From Octopus vulgaris (lineage: Eukaryota), in NCBI GenBank assembly GCA_951406725.2, contig OX597822.1, positions 37,324,001-37,388,000 on the forward strand: a stretch of DNA of 64,000 nucleotides. Direction: 5' to 3'. The position numbers were made by a program, and so were the translations under genes. Under the pieces are notes generated by a model that was given only the letters and a program-made list of their open reading frames with translations, searched no databases and had not been told where the DNA came from. Below are positions 1 to 10,709 of the stretch, in pieces; the first letter of the stretch is position 1, and each line of letters begins with the position of its first letter.

Positions 1-789
1 ATCCGAAATTCATTCTCACTTCGCATCAATTTTTCTTAATGTTATCAACATAATCGTCACCTACACCCTCGGAAACCTATCTTCACCAAATTTCATTGTA
101 AAAGAATGTATTTTTCAGGTAACAAAGTCGGAGTGGGAGGGGGAGGCACAAATCTGTAATTATGTCAAATGATCTCCCAAAGCAGTCATGTACAATCTGC
201 GGGACTTTCTGAATGGTACGCCGAATTGTAAAATTAGCTTGAACTTGTTTCTTTTTTTTCTGATTTTTCTGATTGTCTCTTGCGGCCTGCTTCTCCGAAA
301 AAGTTGCCCATCTGTGCTTTAAAACCATTTGGCCATGTTGCATCCATACACAAAACGTTCTAAAACATATGTGAATGAATTTTATGTCCTTAGTATAACT
401 TAAGCGAACATATTATGAATACACATTATATATCTTTCTGTCAAGCTCGATCGGTACGATTGTTAGTTACTGAGAGCTTTTATTAAATAAAAATATAAGA
501 ATAAAATACTGTCGAAAAGTAAAGATCATGAAATATTTAGACCATAAAAAAAAAAGTATAAAAGAAATTAATATGCCCGGTAGTTCTTATTAAATCTAAA
601 TACATATGTAACATAAGATTCATGTAAAATTTTACTTGTGTTTCAATAGGCTACTAGAAAAGGAAATGCGAATGTATATCTATATGTGACCGTCCAGTCG
701 ATATCGTTTGCCATCCCCGGCCCCCGACCTCTTGGGCAAGTGTCGTTTATATTTCTGAATGAATTTGGTCGATGAAAACGAAGAATGGT

Positions 790-963
790 CCCGGTGTACT
801 TACTCGCGCATCCGCGCTAGCTAGTCGTGACTAGTCGATCCTACAACTACTACCTAGCCAAGTAAATAAAACACAAAATAAATAATTTTTTTAAACAAAG
901 TAAATAGAACACGAAGTATGGATCGACTAGTCATGACTAACTAACGCGAGTGCGCGCACCGGG
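790..963. mobile_element. MITE-like foldback element
   Basis: Imperfect inverted arms of about 45 bp: CCCGGTG...CTAGTCGTGACTAGTCGATCC and GGATCGACTAGTCATGACTA...CACCGGG. Confidence 0.6.
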
Positions 964-1432
964 TCGACTCTTAATTGTAATTGTAATGCAAGTTGTCCAA
1001 ATTTGTCTCATCTGAAGTGTCTCATTTGTGGATATTTAAATGCCTTTTTAGACCAGTACAAAACTTCTCTTACGACAAATATGGCATGTCTGCTGCAATG
1101 AACTTTGTCTTTTGGGCTAACTCTAAAAGATAGACACACACACATATATATATATATAATATACTTGTGTGTAAATGACGCACCAGTGTTTATATGGTGC
1201 CCAAACTGCAAGTTGAACTGGAGATGATCTGTTGAAATAAAGTTGGATATAATTGTGTTAAGTAAATAAATGGCTATTTTTACTAACTTTCTGAAATGCC
1301 ATTTAGTAGAACCTGTATATAATCTATAAAATTAATCATTACTAACTGGGGTTTGTACTATATTCTTGTGTTTAGGCTTTTATATAGAATAGTCTGTAAT
1401 TAATTAGGACTAATTTGTTAGATTCAAAGATT

Positions 1433-1566
1433 ATGGAAGTTCCGAAAGAAAGCTAGATCTTTTCCACGTCTATCTTTTTTAATTTCAACTTCCGAAATCA
1501 ATGTGTGAACCTCGTGGGAGCAATCTGTTTTCAGTGGTTGTCTTCTACATTAAATCTCAAACATTT
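1433..1566 (+). ncRNA. Candidate box H/ACA snoRNA, copy 1
   Basis: GGAAGTT...AACTTCC hairpin, H box AAATCA, second hairpin GTGGGAGCAATC/GGTTGTCTTCTAC, ACA+TTT; about 134 nt, in a translation-factor intron. Confidence 0.55.
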
Positions 1567-1942
1567 GTTGATTTTTAAGCTTTCTTAAGATATTTGTTTT
1601 AAGACATTTAAAAAAAAAATAATGTTTTAAACATTGTGTTACTGTACAATTTGGGAAATGTTCCTACAAAAGACTCAAAAGCAACTGGTTAGATGTTTGG
1701 CAATAATTCTTGTGACCACCTCTTTGTATATGCTAGAGTCAGGTCATTTTGCTGTATGCTATGTGGCTTTCATAATGTGTGGTAGTTTTCAATACCTAAA
1801 GACTGGAAGAAATGCTGTTAGCATTTTTTTTTTGTTCTGGGTTCAAATTCTGCTGAGGTTGACTTTTCCTTCCGTCTTTTCATGGTTAATAGAATTAGTA
1901 GTTGGGCACTAGGGGCAGGGGGTGGGGCCAAAGTAAATGACT

Positions 1943-2122
1943 TCATCATCATTGTTCGACCGTGGTCGAGACAGTGGAATTTACCATGCTACGCCAGACT
2001 TAACGGTCCATCATGGCATTACGGAGGTCCTGTTGCTGGATGCCTGTATCCCTGGAGATTAAATCAGGGTAGGAGAGTGTGCGCCCTCTGGTATTGCGAG
2101 TAGATGGCTTCCAGAGGAGAAG
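1943..2122 (-). mobile_element. LINE 3' fragment (RTE-like)
   Basis: Minus-strand peptide LLWKPSTRNTRGRTLSYPDLISRDTG...AMMDR*VW followed by (GAT)n tail. Confidence 0.6.
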
Positions 2123-3073
2123 AGTAGAAATTACCTCTTTTTCAGCTCTACAATTGACTTACCCCACCCTGCTCCAGCTTCAGTAGGAAAGATTATTATA
2201 TATAGTTTCTACTTTTTCTTTTTTTTACATCGTAATACTTAGCAATGGTACAATCTTATGGTTAAGTAGTTCACCACGTATGTGTGACTGATGCAGTAGT
2301 GTTTATGTAGTGTAGCTGTGAAGTAGGTTTACTTGAATGGCTGTGTACATATGTGTGTATGAGTGCAAATGGAACTGTGGAGGATATTCTGTGGTGATAA
2401 ATTTGGATATAGCTGTGTTCAATAGATGATAAAGATGTTTGTTTTTACTTTCTGAAATGTTATTTAGTGGAACCTGGATACCAATCGGTAAAATTCATCA
2501 TTACTTTGATTTAGAGCTACAGTATATGTGAGAGGTAATGATTGTGTTCAACTCCCAGCTTTCAGCCAGATCCATGAATTACCTTATCTAGTGTCCTTTT
2601 TTTTTCATTTTAGGACTGAAGTTAGGAATGGCTGCTCTTTATAATAAAGTGATCACTCAAGCTTCTTCTTTTATGGTGTATTAAAATTATAGTTTTTATT
2701 ATTTTCATCATTATCATTATCACTCTGACCTTGTAAAACCCACACTAGCAACGACTATCTAAAACAGCCCTATGTGTTGGAGGTTTGTCGCCTGAGTGGT
2801 ACAAAGTTGTCATTTGGTAGAAATAGAAAATCCAACAAATGATGGAGTCATGATGCATGGTTACAGCACATGTCTACTACTACTTTTATATTAAAAATAC
2901 TACTAAGGCTTGTACCACATTCTGGTGTTTAAGTTATTATAATGAACTGTCTCTGCTTAATTGGGACTAACATGTGTTACATGAATAACATTGGAGAGTT
3001 AGGTGTGAGAATCTGACTCTGACCAATTTGAACTTAAAACAGAACATTTGAGCCAGATATGGGTTAAAAGATT

Positions 3074-3198
3074 ATGGAAGTTCCAAAAGATAGCATAGAT
3101 CCTTTCTAACCCTATCATTTTTAATTTCAGTTTCCTAAATTGATGTGTGTACCTTATTGTTTTGAGTGGTTGTTTTCTACATTAAATCTCAAACATTT
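3074..3198 (+). ncRNA. Candidate box H/ACA snoRNA, copy 2 (3' hairpin partly deleted)
   Basis: Paralogue of 1433-1566; GATAG/CTATC inner stem; ends CAAACATTT. Confidence 0.4.
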
Positions 3199-3319
3199 GT
3201 TGGTTTTAAGCTTTCTTAGGTTATTTGTTTTAGAACATTTAAAAAAAAACTTGTCAGTTTTAAATATTGTTGTATTCCTGTACAATTTGGAAAATCTCTC
3301 TACTCTGAATAGGACTTAA

Positions 3320-3541
3320 CCCTTTTGTTACCATATTTATTTTGAGATGCTTTGTGTTTCTGTCAATTAATTTTAAATATAACAAAGAATTTAGTAAAAT
3401 AACTTAGTTATCATTAAACTTGTGTTAGGAACATAAATTGTGACTAAGGTTTGGTGGAAGATTTTCATTCAGAACATATGAAAACAAGACATTTGTACTA
3501 CAGAGCCAGAGGCGGTTTCAGGCGGGTTGGTATTGAAAGGG
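3320..3541. mobile_element. piggyBac-like MITE
   Basis: TTAA|CCCTTT...AAAGGG|TTAA; absent from the paralogous segment near 1670; decayed relative at about 44314-44530. Confidence 0.75.
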
Positions 3542-3893
3542 TTAAGAGACAGCTGGCCAAACATTTGGCAGTAATTCCTGTGATCACCATCTGGGATACA
3601 CTAGAGTTTGGGTGTGCTGTGTGATAGTTGAGTCATGCATAGATTGCAGTGTAGCTTTCATTACATGTTTGTGTGGTGGCTGTCCGTGCTTGTGTAGTGT
3701 GGCTGTCAATATTGCATCTTGGATTGGCTGTCAATACATGTTGTGTGGAGTGGCTGTTAGTAGTAGATTCATTGCATTGTGTGGTAACTATCACGAATCA
3801 TGTTTTATTCCAGTCTTGTCTTCTATAACCATAAGCTTTTATTAAAGACAATTTGTAGTTTATTAGGACTGACATGTGATGTATTGAAATATC

Positions 3894-3934
3894 ATGGAAG
3901 TTTCAAAAGACAACATAGGTTCTTTCTATGGCTG

Positions 3935-3965
<31 letters not shown>

Positions 3966-4054
3966 CAACCCATCAACTTCCTAAATTAACTTGAGAACTT
4001 CTGAGAAGCAGCCTGAAGCGAATGGTTGTCTCCTTCGTTCCTTCTCAAACATTT
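3894..4054 (+). ncRNA. Candidate box H/ACA snoRNA, copy 3 (poly-T expansion)
   Basis: GGAAGTT/AACTTCC, GACA..CATAG/CTATG..TGTC, H box AAATTA, TTGAGAA/TTCTCAA basal stem, ACA+TTT. Confidence 0.5.
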
Positions 4055-4839
4055 GTTGTTTTTTATTTTTAATTATATTTTTATCATTATTATTGTGGTA
4101 GTATTTGCACTCTGACCTTGTAAAACCCACACCAGCAATGACTACCCAAAACAATCCTCTGTTGGAGGTTTGTTGCCTGAATGGTGCAAATATTTGTTGC
4201 TTTTTCAGTTTTCTTCATACATTTAGAATATTTTTTTAAACATTGAATATTGTGGTTTTTGCATGTTACATGTACAGTTGAAATATTACTACATTCTTGT
4301 ATCAATCAGAACACAAGTTTATCCAGCATTACATATTCATGCAAAAGTGCATGTGTATGTGACTGTGTATATGGAATTCACTTTGTTACCACGAAGTCTT
4401 CAGTTATATCTCATTTCATTGCATCATGGCCATGCCTTCTATTGCCTCAGGCCAACCAATGCCTTGTGAGGGAAATTGCTGGACGGAAACTTGAGAAGTG
4501 TGTTTTTGTGTGTCGTTGTTGCACTTCAGTCACTTGACAATAGCTGTTGGTTTGTGTGCATCCGTATAACTTAGCAGTTTGGCATAAAGAAACTAATAGA
4601 ATAAGTACCTGATTTAACAGAGGTACTTGTCAATTTAATTTGGTAAACTCTTAAATGCCCCAGTATGATTGTTGCAGTCCAGTAACTGAAACAAAAGAAT
4701 TTATGGCAATCTATTCAGTCCCTGCTAAAATGGAAAGTGGACATGAAACATTGAGAAATTTTTGTGTGTACTATTCAGTACATCATCATCGTTTACATTG
4801 ATTGAAATGTAGATTAAATTACCTTGGGTAACAGATAAT

Positions 4840-5155
4840 ATAAATTATTTACATTTGATGAATGTTTGTCCTCATCTTGTTGTTAACACAACGTTTCGGC
4901 TGATAATACCCTCCAGCCTTCATCAGGTGTCTTGGGGAAATTTCGAACCTGGGTTCTCATTCCTAAGGTATTTTTCGATATTATTATTTATTATTATTCT
5001 TCAGGTCACTGCCTGGAATCAAACCCAGAATCGTAGGGTTAGTAGCCCATGCTCTTAACCACTACAACATATGCCCGTGGGCAGTTATGGAGTGAATTTT
5101 AGGGCTTATAAATATCCGTCAAATATAAATGTCTCATCTCTTAAGTATAGAACTG
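4840..5155 (-). mobile_element. tRNA-head plus hammerhead-ribozyme retroelement (Penelope-type insertion), copy A
   Basis: TSD AACAGATAAT (4830-4839, 5156-5165); tRNA-like head 5004-5075 (-); hammerhead 4885-4932 (-); forward tail CTTAAGTATAGAACTG. Confidence 0.8.
4885..4932 (-). ncRNA. Minimal type I hammerhead ribozyme motif
   Basis: Minus strand reads gacac CTGATGA a ggctg-loop-cagcc GAAA C GTT gtgtt: stem I acac/gtgt, stem II ggctg/cagcc, palindromic AACGTT in place of stem III. Confidence 0.75.
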
Positions 5156-5350
5156 AACAGATAATCTACTGAATACACAGATAATCTTGACTAGGGAAGC
5201 ATAGTGATAGTTCTGATAGGACCCCTATAGAGGAGATACCTGAAGACTGTAACCCAGGAATAGAGGGTGGAGAAAATGGATGGGTGATGCTTTTGAATTC
5301 ATTGTAAATCCTTTTTTTTTTTTTTTTCTTTCTGTTTTGGTATGTTCCAG

Positions 5351-5473
5351 CTATGAACCATCTCAAGCCGACAGTGTTGTCTTTGGTGGACTTACTACTT
5401 CACCCTCTGCAAATTACTGTCATGCCAAACGCTGGTTTGAGCACATTAAATCTTTCAAGACACAAGTTGCAAA
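5351..5473 (+). CDS. EEF1B: eEF1B exon (N-terminal domain, YEPSQAD...WFEHIKS)
   Basis: ttccag acceptor, gtaaga donor, eEF1B N-terminal motif. Confidence 0.93.
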
Positions 5474-8400
5474 GTAAGACCTATTTTCCTTGTTTTTTTG
5501 TTCTGAATCAAAAAAAAAAAAAAATTATGTTATTATTGACAGAATTGTTTGTGTTTCAGATAAAATGCTTAGCAGCATTTCTTCCACTTTATGTTCTGAG
5601 TTCCGCCAAGCTTGACCTTGCTTTTCATCTTTTTAGGATCAATAAAATAAGAACTAGTTGAGCACTGGGGGCATAGGGTCAAAGTAATCAACTGGGCCCC
5701 CTCTCCTAAAGTTTTGGCCTTTGTGCCTATAGTAGAAAGGATTATTACCTCTGCCTTAGAAAAGCAGAGGTATTGTTTTCAGTTGTACTTGTTCGTCCCT
5801 GGACAAGATATCTCAAGAACCACTGAATGGATTCAGATGAAACTTTCAGGGATGTTTGGCCTCATGGATGGTACAAACTGATTAGATTTTTGGATCAATT
5901 CAGTACTGGACAAGGATTCTCGATTATTTGTTATATTTACTTTACATGATTACAATCTTATGTTAACTGTCAAGTCTTTCTCAATTATCTCCCTTTAGGC
6001 TGTAACTATTTTGGATGGTGAATTTTCTAACTTTGGCTTGTATTCGATAAGAATAAACTACAGCCACCTTTACATTCCATGATTACCATTGGGATCGATC
6101 AGGTACCGGACAAGGATTCTGGATTATTTTTCCATTTTTTTTAACTTAATTTTTGAGAGTGGTCAGGTTTATTTTTTAATGTTCTTGTTTGTGAGAGCAG
6201 ACTAGTTTATTTCAGATATTCTCAATTTAGAAATCATCTCAGACTAATCATTGAGAGGATGTTGGTGTTGCCTTGGCAAAGGTTTGCGCTCTCTGAGTGC
6301 TCTTATTATTATTATTGTTGTTGTTACTAAGTCATATTACTGAAAACTGAGTCTCTGTGTTTGAGAAGACAGAGTGTCTTGTAAAAGATGAGATGTTATT
6401 GCAAGTGAGAGGTTTCAACTGCCTTAATCAGTTATGGTAGTGAATAAGTTTTAAGAAATCCAAGTAAAAACTTACCGAGTCTTTTTGGCAACGGGAGAGT
6501 TTGTTTTCACCTTCATTCCTTTCATAACGGGCATGGCACATGATGCAACAGGCTGCAAGATTACATTATAATCAATATCAATTAATATATGAGTGGCTGT
6601 ATGTGTGTGTGTGTGTGAGAGAGAGAGAGAAAACATTACCAATCTTAAACAAAAGAAACTAATCATAGATTTCAGAAGATGGCATAGCAGTTCCTGAATA
6701 GTGTATTCCCATCACAAATGATAGATATGTTTTAAGCCTTGAGATAGGCCTATAACACTTCTCGGTTGCCTGGACCTACTGATGTCTAATACTCCTTCCA
6801 GTATCATTTTATTATCTGCAGTCTCTTATTTTGTTTTACCAAATTCTATCATCATCATGATTTTACATCTACTTTCCAAGCTGTTATGGGTTAGATGGAT
6901 TGTCACAGTCTGAGTCTGTTATTATTTAAAGTTGCTGCCTTCTTAGACAAACCAGAGATGAGTTCACTCTGTTTTAACTATTTAGGGTATGTTTCCTATC
7001 TGGGGTTAAAAAAAACTGCTCTTTATCCTGTGCCAAGGTCAGAAGTGATGTAGTTTAACAGTTTGAACTGGTTGCAATTATTTTTGTACGCCAGATAATT
7101 AACCACATGAGGTGCAGTGTGCCAGTCTGGACATGTACTCTCTCTACTGTTATTTTTATTCCTATACATCTGTTGATTTAGCCATGGCAGAGCTGGTCAA
7201 GGTGGACTCAAGATGGTAAAACTTGCAGTGAATTCAGACACTCTTTTGGCCTGTTAAAATTTCCACCAACATCCTTCAAATTCTATCGAAAAAAGGTATT
7301 CTTAAATATAATTCTGAGAATGGTTTCAATGTTGTAAAGATTGTTTACTGTGACTGTTAGAAATACTTCCTTATCATTTAGATCAAAGTATTGATTTGGT
7401 TTGATTTTTACACCTGAATACCTTTATTATAGCAGTGGTGGTAGTGGTGGGGAAGGTCCCAAATCACTGAACTCATTGATAGGTATTGAAATGTTGATCC
7501 TTAGTGATTGGATATGCCATACTGTTGAGCTGACCATTCCATTGTGATGTCTGGCAAAAGATACTGTTGTTATTTGTGGATGTTTGATATTCATTGTCAG
7601 ATTCCCTGGAGTCAAGAAGAGTCTAGACTCCTATGGCACTGGAACAACTGCTACAAAGTCTAAACCAGCTGATGACAGTGATAATGATGATGATGACATT
7701 GATCTCTTTGGTTCTGATGATGATGAGGAGGACGAGGAAAGGAAAAAGGAACACCAGAAGCGAATTGAAGAATATAATTTAAAGAAGAGCAAAAGTGAGT
7801 TGATTATTTTTCTGCCTCATAAATTAACGTGATGCTGTCCTCAGGTTATAGTCTTCTAATTGTTTCGTTTTCCTAATTTTGATATTCTCTATTATTTTAG
7901 GATTTACAACTTTTTCCCTAATGACTAATTAAAAATACGCCAAATTCTTGATTATAAAATAAATCTCAAAATATCTGCATAATTTTGGTTTATACATGCA
8001 TCATCGTTTTAATGTGCATTTTTCCATGCTTGCATGGGTCAGATGGGGTTTTTTGAAGCAAATTTCCTGTGACCTAATGCCCTTCCTGTTACCAATTCAC
8101 ACGGGTTTTGAAGTAAGGTAATATTTCCTCTGACCAGACATGCTTTCATATATTGAACATGAAAGACACTGCTTGTGTGTGTGCGTGCACGTGCTCAGCA
8201 GTATGAGCACCAAGCAGTGCTTAGGCATAAGCAAATTTAGGTTACTTAAAATATGTTTGTGGCAGTTACCATGGAGGAAAAAAACTAGCTTTAAGTCAAC
8301 AACATTGACTGAGTTGGGCTACTAGATTGTTAATGCAAACGTGTGTGAGCGCTAAAATTCATTTAATTTCTGACTACCAAATCCACTCACTAGGCTTTGG

Positions 8401-10100
8401 TTGCCTCAGGCCGATAGAAGACACTTGCCCAAGGTTCTGTGTAGTGGGACTGAACCTGAAGCCATGTAGTTGGGAAGCAAGCTGGTGCGCATACATGTGA
8501 AATATGTGATGGAAAGAAGCCTCCTGTATATACTTTATATATATTTTACATTTTTAAAATAAATATAGGGACTATGGCAAGAAGTTTGCTCCCCTATCAT
8601 GTAGTTCTGGGTTCAGTTCCAGTGTGTGGCATCTTGAATGTGTGTCTTCTATAAGCCTAGGACAACCAAAGCCTTGTGAGTGGAGTTGGTAGATGGAAAC
8701 TAAAAGAAGCATGTTGTGTGTGTCTTTGTGTTCGTTCACTCCCCACCCCCTGCTTAACGATTGGCGTTGGTTTGTTTATGTCCCTGTTTAGTAGTTTAGC
8801 GTAAGAGACTGAAAGAATGGGTACCAAGCTTAAAAGTTATGTACTGAGGTTACTTTGCCTCAAGCCCTTCAAAGCTGTGCCCCAGCATGACTGCAATCCA
8901 GTGTCACAAACAAGTAAAAAATTAAAGATGCTTTTATTTTGTAAAGGGATATCATAAACTATCTGCTAATGTTGCACCTGTTCAACTAAAATGTATTTTT
9001 CTTTTGTGTAGTAGTTATGGTTGGAAAAGATAAAATAATGTAACAGAAAGGACATGAACTTTGCAAACCATTTAAGGAGATTAAAAACTTTACAAGAACC
9101 AATACATTGTGGAAAAATTCTTTACTTCCATTGCAAAACAATTTCTTTATTGCCCGAAGCCTAATAAAATGTGGAACTCTGTCCATGCTGTAAAGACGTT
9201 GGTAGAAATGCAATTCAATTCCATAAGCCATTTGACTGAATTTTCTGTTGTTGAATATATATGTACCATATAGCAAAGAACTCTGAGTGATCCAAACCAT
9301 GGTGGATAGGTGGGGGTGGTGAATGGACAAGATGAAGGAAGGATGTGAAAATTGTGTTTGTGTCAATAAGTGGAGTAGAAGGAGCAGATATTATGCTGAT
9401 CGTGAAGTCCAGTTTTAATATTTAGTCTTGCCATTTTCACTTTAATTATGTCTCTTACTTGGATGAGTTGACCAAAATGAATTTCCTGGAGGATGGAAGG
9501 CTGTTATAAAGTCTTACTACTTGTTACCCTGATAACAAAGTAATAGTTATGGGATTTTTTTTGTATAGTGTATGTATGTTAGTGACTTCAATATGTTGTG
9601 TGTCCTGACCTCCAGTTTTTGATCTGCACTGTATTTTGCTAATTCATGTTTTCTTTCTCTCACTCAGAGCCTGCTATTATTGCCAAGAGTAACCTCATTT
9701 TGGATGTAAAGCCATGGGACGATGAGACTGACATGTCCAAGTTAGAAGAATGTGTGCGAAGTGTTAGCTGTGATGGTCTACTGTGGGGTGCTTGTAAGTA
9801 GCTTCCTCTGTATTGTTACAGGATGGGGGTTTGCAGTGTGCAATCTACTGGAATATGTAGAGATATTTAAGGTTTGGTGAGTCTCATTGGGGACAGCCTT
9901 TACATATAAAGAGCTTATAGCATGATGTTTTTCTCTCTCTCTCTCTCTTTTTTTTTTTTTTTTTGATTCCATAACTAGACAATGCATGGTGCTGTGCATA
10001 ACATTGGATATCACTGAATAGCTCTACAGTAATATCACACTGTTCATATGGGGAATATGGTTGTTCACTCAATTAATATCATGCAATATGTATGTATGTA

Positions 10101-10149
<49 letters not shown>

Positions 10150-10672
10150 GGATATTACTGTGTATATCTACACTAAATATCACACTTTATATTGGAATAT
10201 CACTGTTTGTACCCATGTAATAAACAGTTCTGTACTTACTGTAAAATATCGGTATGGTTACCCAGATAATGAATGACACCATATTGTTCATTGTTGCTTG
10301 ACTGAGGACTGGTGAGCCAGAGGCTGCACCAGGTTCCAATCTGATCTGGCAAAGTTTCTACAGCTGGATACCCTTCCTAATGCCATCCACTCCGAGAGTG
10401 TAGTAGGTGCTTTTTACGTACCACCGGCATGAGGGCCAGTCAGGCGGTTCTGGCAATGACCACGCTCAAGAAATGTTTTTACATGATACCTGCACAGGAG
10501 GCAGCACTGGCAACGACCACGCTTGAATGTTGTTTTCATGTGCTGGTAAGGCAACGATCATGCTTGAATGGTGTTTTCACGTGTCACTGGCATGGGAGCC
10601 ACTCACTCCATGGCCCTAGCAACGATCATTTTATCCTTGTTACAAATAATAGTACCCTACTATATAGTATTG

Positions 10673-10709
<37 letters not shown>

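Noticed and set aside
1-780. First coding exon of eEF1B
   Set aside because: I found no MGFGDL-like reading frame with a suitable donor; it probably lies upstream of the window.
5004-5075. tRNA gene (also 47636-47707 and other tRNA-like heads)
   Set aside because: A/B boxes are present, but the acceptor stem is poor, there is no oligo-T terminator, and the sequence is part of a repeated element; treated as a SINE-type head.
9459-9535. Possible C/D box snoRNA in an eEF1B intron (TGGATGA...CTGA)
   Set aside because: The C box is imperfect, and I found no convincing terminal stem or rRNA-complementary guide; a snoscan/Rfam search would be needed.
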